From Octopus sinensis (taxonomy: Eukaryota): a stretch of DNA of 64,000 nucleotides. Positions 54,600 to 64,000 of this stretch are shown piece by piece. Numbering within the stretch: position 1 is the stretch's first letter; every line of letters starts with the position of its first letter. Below the pieces are notes generated by a model that did not search any database, was not told where the DNA came from, and worked only from the letters and a program-made list of their open reading frames with translations. Location of the stretch: assembly GCF_006345805.1 (NCBI RefSeq), contig NC_042997.1, forward strand, positions 168,578,001 to 168,642,000. The letters run 5' to 3'. The translations under genes and the position numbers were made by a program.

Positions 54600-55296
54600 G
54601 CCACACTGAATTCTTACTATTTCAGTTGCATAAACTCATGATTCCAAATTCAAATTTCAGATGGAAGACATTGCCATTCTTTCTTTCAAATTTCATAACA
54701 TAGGTACCAGCAATAATCTAGATCGGCGAACTGGAGCAAATTACTCCAAGTGGGATAAAAATAAAATTCTTAGGGATAATGAGGGCTTATTAGACAAAAG
54801 TAAGATTATATAAAAAAATTGTGTTCCTTGTTACGACTGAAAATTTTCTTGTGGCATGAGGAGGCAGTCAAAAAGTTGCTGCCTTTTGCAACAACCTATT
54901 TTTACAAACAAGGACTTTCTACTCTAATCAACATAAAAACAAAGCAGAGGTATCGATTGGACCCCGAAGACTGTATCCAAATTGCTCTGACATCAAAATG
55001 CCCTAATTTTGATGTAATTGTAACAAAAATTAAACAACATCATTTCTCCAAAACCTGAAGTGAAATAGTTTCTAGAAAAATCCTTTTGCTTCATAATGAA
55101 GATATTAATTTATCACATTTGTTTTATACATTTTATATTTATAATTGTATTCTCCATACAACTAGATTCAATAAACCATTTGAATTCAAAGAATCTATGA
55201 TATTCTTCCTTTCAAATCAAGGGGGTAACGTTGGTGTAAATAAATATATTTTGGGGCAATTGGTTAAAAAAGCTCTCTGATCTCTGTACTAAATGT
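54600..55296 (+). mobile_element. hAT (Charlie/Buster-like) transposase C-terminal remnant
   Basis: EAVKKLLPFATTYF..GLSTLINIKTKQRYRLD (ORF 54819-55058) matches the hAT dimerisation domain. Confidence 0.8.
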
Positions 55297-55778
55297 TCCC
55301 TTAGAGTGGTGTCTGATGTGTGCCTAATGACTTACTCTACACAAACTAATTATGAGGAAAGACCAAGAGAATGAAAAAACTTTTGTAATTGCTGGTCTGC
55401 CAGAAACAGCAACCAAGTCTCCTACAAATTACACCTAATTATCTTAGAAAAGGGCACATTGAATAATGCATACTTGGATTCTCTGCACATGAGAAAAAGA
55501 CAGAATGGTCATGGCTGGAATGCCTCTAATCATGGCTGAAATGTCTCCTCTCAACCAGGGTCGATCTGTGGTCAAACAACAACAGCAACAGCAGAACAAG
55601 GTCCTTCACTACCAGTTGCCCCAATCCCAAAAGATGTTGGAAGTAATGAAAGATTTTCTACAAAAACACTCTACTTGCAAGAAATCATAGACAAATATCA
55701 CTAAAATGAACACTCAATCAACCTAAAAAAAGATATGTTTAATAATGCTGACCAACGTATACTCAAAGAGAGAAAGAG

Positions 55779-55834
<56 letters not shown>

Positions 55835-56266
55835 TGTGTGTGAGAGAGAGTCAACAGCCACGACCCAGAGATGCTGAATATAGAACACACAATTTAAACT
55901 TGTTCTCCGAAGTCTTTATTGATGGTTATTTCCTGACCTCTCCACCTTGACAAAGGAGGCCAAATATATGGTAATGTTTATGTGAATCCCCTATTGGCAA
56001 CAAATCATTGAATAACATAACAGCTATTATGTAATCCTAAGCCCCTAGGAACAACTGTTGAACTTAAAATATCATACCTTATCTCTTTAGCTTTCTGTAT
56101 TTTTGTTCTCCATTTAAATACATTTATTTCATAAATATATAAATATCCATATGCTTATACACAAGTGTTTATCTTTTGGATATTTTCAAGTTTTGTTTCT
56201 CTCTCTCTCTCTCTCTCACTTACTCATTCTTGCTCTCTCTTACTCATTCTCACTCTCTCACTATAT

Positions 56267-56331
<65 letters not shown>

Positions 56332-56389
56332 TGTATGTATGTATGTATGTATGTATGTATGTGTGTATGTATACATGTATTTCCCCCTT

Positions 56390-57000
56390 AGGTAGGTGGC
56401 CCTGTTTGATTTGTGTGAAAGGTATAGACAGGAACTCCATTTGGTGTACCTAATGTAAGTTATGGACACACAAGAAGTGCAGTGGATTAATAGGAAGATT
56501 ATAAAAGAAGATAGTTTTTATATGTGGAAGATGCACAGGATCCATAAAAACTTAAGGACTCAGGAAATTGATTCTCTCAAATGCCCTAATGGCTCAGTAG
56601 AGGTTGTAGATAACTTCTACTAACTAGGGGACCAAATTAGAAGTGGAGGTGGATACACAGAGATTATGATAGACTAAGAAGAGGATGGAGGAAATTCAGT
56701 GAGCTGTTACCTCTGTTGGCCCCAAAAGGCTTCTCTCTCTGAATAAAAGGAAGATTGTATGATGCATGTATGTAGACAGCAATTCTACATGGCAGTGAGA
56801 CATGGGCCATGAATGCAGAAGACTTGTGAAGGTTAGAAAGGAATGAGACTAGTATGCTCCACTGGATTGCATTGTAAGTGTCCATGAGTGCTAGTGTTTT
56901 GAGAGAGAAGCAATATAGGTAACTCATCATACATGCTGGTGGAAGCCCATACTTTTTAATGCTGGAGATATATATACAGCCTTGGTCAGGCACGTGGTGA
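56390..57000 (+). mobile_element. Degenerate RTE-clade LINE fragment
   Basis: Translates across stops as EVVDNFY*LGDQIRSGGG, WRKFSELLPLL, KGRLYDAC..AILHGSETW. Confidence 0.75.
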
Positions 57001-57099
57001 AAAAAAGAAAATGAAATGAAGTAACCTTTTTTTGGAGAGGGAAAGAAGTGTTACATCCCCTTGTATGATTTCAGCCATGACTGAAGGGGTTTGGTAGCA

Positions 57100-57950
57100 C
57101 CTATGTACGTTTTATCTGTTCTCTAATCCGTAAACAGGGCAACGAATTTTCTATAATAAGGGCAGCATCTAAAACTTTCATTTTTTGAGTTCAAGAAGGC
57201 GCCCGAATTGTGCAACTTTTTTACAATTATTGTTCTCTTGACTACGTAAAGTTTGTACCATCTGCTTCCATTGAGTTATAGTCTAGGTTGTTCCAATAGC
57301 TTCCATTAAATTCTGTATAGCTTCCAGTCCTCTTTTAATCGCCAAATATAGCTGGCTAACATTGTAACGTTGTATTTCTCTTGGATCCTAAAAATGGACA
57401 TGTGGTTGTTTAGCCTGGCCTTAAAGGAGCCCTCAGTAGTCCCAACATATTCCTGAGAATGTGCCCCTTTGTTGTTGCTTTTGTTCTTGTTATTACTGTT
57501 GTTGGATACTGCCATTTCTGCTTCGTAGATCACAGCTTCAGCGTTGTGCTGGCTACTCACTGGGCACTTACTATTAACCCTACATGAGCATCCTATCTAT
57601 GCGTGCAACTTTGACTTGTGCCCTGAAATTTTTATGACACTAGGCACCCAGCTGAACGGGTTCCTTAAGTTATGTCTATTCAATAATTTATCTATGCCTA
57701 TGAGACTGTGTGAATAATCTATACTTTATGGGACTTATCTACTAATCAGAGGAAGATGCCTCTCACGCATGTTTTGACATTGTGCGAGAAGGGTGGGGAA
57801 GACCTAAGGACTTTAGGGTGGTGCTCTCTTTTATGAGTATTAGTTCCCAGCATACAGGGGATGCGATCTTTAAACCCACTGATTGCAAGAGCCTCGTTGC
57901 AATATGGGGTTCACGTACAATTTCCATCTGTCAACTCCTTTAACTAGCCA
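57100..57950 (-). mobile_element. Penelope-like GIY-YIG fragment
   Basis: GCSCRVNSKCP followed by AVIYEA...YVGTTEGSFKARLNNH (ORF 57306-57560). Confidence 0.75.
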
Positions 57951-58018
57951 CTGCTGACTCCGGACTACAGTACAGGATACTTGCTCAATGTTCCACATAG
58001 TGTATATATATATGTATA

Positions 58019-58093
<75 letters not shown>

Positions 58094-58094
58094 C

Positions 58095-58583
58095 AGGATT
58101 ACTCTGGGTTTCTCGCTCATAAGTGGTTTAGCCTTACAGCATATCTCCAAACCCCTAATACTGCTGATTCTGAGACCTCTTTAAAATATGGAGAGGGAAA
58201 AAAACCTCGTTTTTAGAGTAAAACCCTAAGTGATTATCTCCCTTTGCCATTGTCCAGTGATCTTCGGCCGCGCCGCCATCTTGCAGTCACCTAGGCACCG
58301 TGAAAGTAAACGATTGTTTCCCTTCGGCCTTGGCTATTGGTTTGCGACTGTAGTACTGCCCTGCGGATTCCAAAAAGCCAGTAGTGCTTTGGTGACCACA
58401 AGATGGCTGCGCAGCCGAAAATCGATGGACAATGGCAAAAGGAGATAATCACCTAGGGTTTTACCTTAAAACAAGGTTCTTTCTCCCTCCATATTTTAAA
58501 GAGGTCTCGGGTCAGAAGTGTTTGGGGTCTGAAGATACGCCGTAAGGTTAAACCCCTTATGAGCGAGAAACCCAAGTAACCCC
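58095..58583. repeat. ~490-bp foldback/MITE with ~195-bp arms
   Basis: GGGTTTCTCGCTCATAAG... mirrored by ...CTTATGAGCGAGAAACCC, with an ~100-bp spacer. Confidence 0.88.
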
Positions 58584-59852
58584 ATAAACCGGCCTACCCC
58601 ACGATAATATTAACTGCTGTACATCTTAGAGTGCGCTTCTTCTTCGGATTTATGTATCTCTACAAGCTGCTTCCACGTTCTCTTCGCCAAAGTTTTTGTC
58701 TTAAAAGTTTTGAACGAATTCATTATGACTTAATCTAAATACTATGAAGGAGCTGAAGAAAATCCAAGAATGGAAACTCCAGTCTATTCCTTCACATCAA
58801 AGGGCTCAACTAAGCTCTTTTACGTGTTCAAAAAGCAATTAAAATTTTCATTTTCAGGAAACAAATTCCAAATTGTAGGAAAATAACTGCAGATCTCATT
58901 ATATCTCACGTTTGTTATCACAAAGTTTATAAGGAAAAGAAACTGCCATGGGATCATAGAACTTTTGACATTTTTATAAAGTGACTCCTACTTTGAAGAG
59001 CCAGATACAAGTTGTAAAGCCCCATCGAGCAATTAACCCAAAGCGGGTGATAACGAAACATCAAGTAATGTGGTTTACTGATTGTAAGTGTGAACATTTT
59101 TATATGTTAAATCTCCCCCAGCGAGTGAATTGCGGCCGTTTAGAACATTATAATGATGTGAAATAGCTTCTCACTTAACGACTCGATATTTGAAACCAAC
59201 TGAATCGTCAAGTCGAGATATACTCCTTTCTCCCCCTTTCTCTTTCTTCTATATACATACACACGCACACACACACACAAACACACATACATATATATAT
59301 ATGTGCGTGTGTGCGCGTGTATGTATATATATTTAAACACACACACATATATATACTTATATATACATACTTACATATACGTACTTAAAATACTTACCTA
59401 CCTACCGACATACATACATAATACATACATAATACATACATACACACATACATACACACATACATACATACATACATACATACATACATACATACATACA
59501 TACATACATACATACATACATACATACATGCTTACATACATATATACATGTGTATGCATATGTATTTACATAACATCATAATTTTGCGCCTGCTTCCCAT
59601 GCTGGCGAGGATTGAAGGCAGTATTATGGTGCTAACAGTTTTGTTTTTATTCGAAGTTGTTATATTCCTAGACGTATTAAAGAACTATGTCTCACACATA
59701 ACATTCATTTTTGCGGGGTTGGGGCTGGTTTCTGAGGCTGGACGTTCTTCCTATCACCAACCACTTTACAGGTCTAGCGAGGTTATTACGTCTTCGACAA
59801 GGCCAAAATGTCTTCTTGGTATTGTCTCCGCTCATTTGCCAACCACTTTTTA

Positions 59853-60579
59853 TTGGGGTGTCTGGAAAGTTCGCGCCGATTTTTAAAGGAAAGAAAAAGG
59901 TCATAACATTTTTAATCAACCAAATATGAACCATTTTGTTGCACAATGTGTCTCCATCTTTCCTTTAACTTGAAAATACCCTCTTCCCAGAATTGAGGTA
60001 GTTTCGGGGCAAAGAATTCATCAAGGTATTTTTTTATGTCATCCAAGGAATTGAAATTTTTACCATTAAGAGTATTCTGCAAATACCTGAATAAGTGGAA
60101 ATCGAAGGAGCAATATCTGGTGAATATGGAGGGTGGGGTAACACATCCCTTCTGAGATGCAGCAATTTTTGTCTGGTTACCAAAGAAACGTGCGTTCTTG
60201 CATTATCATGTTGGAAAACAACACCCTTCCTGTTGGCCAATTCTGGACGTTTCTCTAGAATTACTGCTTTTAACTCGTTCAGTTGTGTGCAGTATTTCTT
60301 AAAATTAATTGTCTGGTTATTTGGGAGAAGCTCATAGCAGAGAATTCCTTTTCAATCCCACCAGACCCAAAGCAAGACTTTTGGGGTGGCTAAGGGTGGC
60401 TCATGTCGCTTACTCCAGGATCGCTTTCTCTGAACATTTCGGTAGATAATCCACTTCTCATCACCTGTTACAATTGGCTTCAAAAAAGGCACGTTTTCAT
60501 TCCGTTTATAAAGCGAATCACAAGTGGAAATGCGATCCAAAAGGTTCTTCTCACTCAACTCATGTGGTACCCAAACATC
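59853..60579 (-). mobile_element. Mariner transposase remnant (DD34D core), interrupted by an LTR element
   Basis: DVWVPHEL, IVTGDEKW, FQHDNAR, PPYSPDIAPS. TIR-like end after TA at 59851-59852. The frame continues at 63343 onward (IYERLVKLGYTNRY). Confidence 0.9.
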
Positions 60580-63342
60580 TGTAACGACAGTGAACGTCTT
60601 CTCTGCACTTTTTGGGTGCAGTTGGTGCAATCACTTTCCGTTGCTTTAATATCCAGATTCTACCAGTCAGAAACAACAAGACGCAGACGTAAAAAATATA
60701 TATCTACTTTATTCTCTTATGACAGTAACAAATAAGTGGTGTATCTGGTATCCTTTGGTATGGATGTGTCAGAGCTGAACTTTATCGCTGTAGAATTTAC
60801 AGTGTTCAAATGCAAACGACACTGGTCAAGATGGCGTCCGAATAGGGAGAGAAAATGATGTGGTCGGCAACAAATGTCAGGGCGAAACGAAGATAATACG
60901 CGTCTTCTTCTATGAAAAGCCTGACTGCTGCTATCAAATCCGGACAGAGAGAGAGAGAACCACACGTCTTGTACCTTCGATAGCTGTGTCTCAAGTCACT
61001 GCCTACTGGACGCTGGTGGTCAACGTCGTACGCCCCCCTTGCCTCGCGGCTAAACTGCCACGTAGGCAAATGGTCCCTCTTCCGGTGGTGAAAGCACCAA
61101 CCCCGCACGCGCGAAACAGAAATGGACGGTGCGCGAGCGCGCACTGTTATATAGGATCACTACAAAGCTCCCCCCCAGTGCGTAAGCACGACACAAAATT
61201 CCTTGTAGTGACTATAAAACTCAAGGTGGATACCAGATAACCAAATAGCACACAATATAATAAAAATGGCAAAATTTACATCATACACAAGAAATTTACC
61301 AAAAGGAAAAAAGAGAAAAAAAATACTCAAAATGAGCAAAAATCAAAAGTGCATGCGTGAATAAGAATAGAGCCTTCCGCTGTAGGGAGCAGAAGGTAGG
61401 CAAACCTACAGTTAATAAACTTAGGCGAAGTTAAATCCAACTCCTCTAAAGGTGGTTGGTCCATGCGAAATAGCAGTTAAATCAATTGCTGCAGGAGAGG
61501 AAATGGAATTGACAGATAGATCGCTAGTAACACAAAAAGCAGACAGTGCTTCAGCTGAAAGTGTAAGGCTAGCAAGGTGACAGTGCAAGCATGCTGGTGT
61601 GATGCGCGAGACAGATAATTTTCTCTGTTAATTACGTGACCAACAGGGGTCTAACAGGGAAAAAAATTACGCCTATACATAGGCGCAGCGCATCTGAACA
61701 TCCGACGTTCTTTGAGTCGGGAAAAGAACTAAGCTAACGCAAACGTGTTGCAAAAACAAAGCAGTACACGTGCTGAGCAGAGTTGCATGAATGCAATAGG
61801 GCTTGCTAGACCGAAAAACAGCAATGAATATGCCAGTGGTTAATGTAGTAAGGCTGAGCTGCCAGTCAGTGCTTGAGCGATTATATGCCTCGTTCGTACA
61901 GGAACAAAAGTGTGACATGCTGGCGCGTTATAATGGACAAACAACCCTCTCTATGTATACGTGACCCCTAGGGTCTTACAGAAATGAGGTGTGTCCACAA
62001 AGGCAAATTAGCATGGAAAAACAAGCGAGAAAAGGCACGTGTGACGTATGTATGTGAGAGAGATAGCATTTGTGTGTGTACGTGTGTGCGACAGAAATAC
62101 AAACAAGGTGAATGCGAGCAAAATAAAAATACAGCGCATAGGAAAAAAGTATCTCAGGGCTATTTCAGACAAGATGGAGTTAATTTACCAGTCCGTAATA
62201 GCCTGATGCATAATAGCAGTTCGTTCTGTAACAAAATGTTGAGATCACAAATGCAGATGCCGGTTGAACACATGTCGTGTAGCGGTTGTGGCTTCAATGC
62301 TGTGACAGGTTAACTGGGTACAGAAGATCTCGCAGATAGACTGTGCTGTTAATTCCGGTGTGTATACACGAACAGCGTGTGGGCTAAACTTCCGCGAGTT
62401 GCTATTTACATATTGTTGAGGTCGACGGTGTTGAAGGCGACGGTGATGAAGGTGACTGTGGTGGACTTGAGACACATTGTTCTTAGTGGTGATGGCGACG
62501 AAGATAACGACGACGTGAAGTCGAAAGACGACGATGGCGATGACGACGGAAGAGAAAAAGCATCGTTGATATGGTGGCGTCCGTCATTATGGCTGTAAAA
62601 TAAGAAAGGCTCCTTCTATAACTGTTTGAGGGGACCGGAAGCAAATCGTCGAAAGATGAATGCGTAGAGTTGATCGTGTTCAGACTTGGCAGAAAAACTG
62701 GATTTCTTTGTTAAGTGATCTCTAGTTTGAGACCAGAATCACGTCGGGGAAAGCAGTGTAACGACAGTGAACGTCTTCTCTGCACTTTTTGGGTGCAGTT
62801 GGTGCAATCACTTTCCGTTGCTTTAATATCCAGATTCTACCAGTCAGAAACAACAAGACGCAGACGTAAAAAATATATATCTACTTTATTCTCTTATGAC
62901 AGTAACAAATAAGTGGTGTATCTGGTATCCCTTTGGTATGGATGTGTCAGAGCTGAACTTTATCGCTGTAGAATTTACAGTGTTCAAATGCAAACGACAC
63001 TGGTCAAGATGGCGTCCGAATAGGGAGAGAAAATGATGTGGTCGGCAACAAATGTCAGGGCGAAACGAAGATAATACGCGTCTTCTTCTATGAAAAGCCT
63101 GACTGCTGCTATCAAATCCGGACAGAGAGAGAGAGAACCACACGTCTTGTACCTTCGATAGCTGTGTCTCAAGTCACTGCCTACTGGACGCTGGTGGTCA
63201 ACGTCGTACGCCCCCCTTGCCTCGCGGCTAAACTGCCACGTAGGCAAATGGTCCCTCTTCCGGTGGTGAAAGCACCAACCCCGCACGCGCGAAACAGAAA
63301 TGGACGGTGCGCGAGCGCGCACTGTTATATAGGATCACTACA
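60580..63342. mobile_element. Complete non-coding LTR retroelement (TRIM/LARD-like) with a 4-bp TSD
   Basis: LTRs 60580-61164 (585 bp) and 62757-63342 (586 bp), TGT...ACA, near identical. TSD CATC at 60576-60579 and 63343-63346. The ~1.6-kb interior has no recognisable gag/pol ORF. Confidence 0.92.
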
Positions 63343-64000
63343 CATCGTAGCGATTTGTGTACCCAAGCTTTACCAGGCGCTCATAAATCAGTGCGTGGCG
63401 AAGCTATTAGCTGACCCTTAATTATAATTATGTATATAATTATAGAATATATATATGTAGGACGACCGTATGAAAGGAGATGGTGACGATGAATGTCTCC
63501 TTTAAACACCGCACCGTCGCCTTACAATAAAAGCCAAATATATGGATAAATGAATAAGAGTGCCAGTAAAGAATAAGAAGACGACGCAACCGTATAATGT
63601 TTAAGAGAAAGGTTTTATTCAGGTATTGACATGTCGGTAGCAGAGTGTGTCTGTGTACGTGTCTGCGTTATAAGTACATAATAAGAACAATAGTTATAGA
63701 CAATAGACAGGCCGTCATTCATACAAATATGTGTAAGTGTACTAGGAAAGTGTATGCGCGTGAGATAAAATACAGAGCATAGAAATAAGTCTCTCAGAAT
63801 GCTACAGATAGATCAGACAAGATGTAGATAAATACCAGTTTGTAGTAATGAACGCAATAGTAATAGTTCCGTAACAAAGAGGTTGGTGGTCACAAGGCAG
63901 ATGCCGGTTGAACACATGTCGTGTAGTGGTTGTGGCTTCAATGCTGTGCCGGGTTACTTGGTACAGAAAGATCTCGCAGGTAGACTGAGCTGTTAACCTT

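Overview
AT-rich, microsatellite- and repeat-dense eukaryotic DNA. The SINE families and (TA)n/(CATA)n/(GAT)n tracts suggest an octopus genome, which is an inference from repeat content. By reading splice sites I assembled one minus-strand gene: 16 GT-AG coding exons of 38-134 nt from 41049 down to 1672. They give 1233 nt (411 aa), all phases are compatible, there is no stop, and the gene continues beyond the window start. It encodes an integrin beta-subunit homologue: signal peptide, PSI, hybrid and I-EGF modules. It departs from the canonical subunit in two ways. The ligand-binding betaI (vWA/MIDAS) domain appears to be absent and replaced by a short linker (QKDAHNRLGG|GITL). A fifth I-EGF module follows where the beta-tail should begin. 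Assembled protein: MSNQMNFCLLLICLFAYNVAGNDCIHEKRCGSCIQRNGTCSWCLSPDFHGASRCETRGTLLREGCSESSIYQSVNAAHLKKNRRATKKRLLKPQRVVLQLVPNTGYVLPVKGFLIQKDAHNRLGGGITLLVNAPKPLKVVMKSDCNQKYKTQIETSSCYGIHNGQAVTFSFVVSTEKCFPKKKVIKVNVKGIRKPQMIIYVKTKCNCDCELKKPTVNSDFHCNGNGKMVCGQCECSKQTQGKNCECHKSQNIDERNCIKPGDQLVCSGQGKCHCGSCECSPDMKTNRYSGRFCECDKLGCRKYNNSLCGGPTHGKCVCGKCACKNQYTGEACEIDVRTKNCLSSSGQLCSDRGKCIGNQCQCETPFSGKVCERREEFVVDLTVHCIKSGTTDICSNQGKCVQGYCHCNKIP. The introns and upstream region hold three minimal hammerhead ribozyme motifs (two of them in an ~830-bp tandem duplication), Penelope-like remnants, two R4/Dong-like retrotransposons sitting in microsatellites, CR1 and RTE fragments, mariner, hAT and piggyBac derivatives, two long foldbacks, and a young non-coding LTR element inserted into a mariner. 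Exon, LTR, hairpin and ribozyme coordinates were counted base by base; most other repeat boundaries are approximate. No database searches were run.
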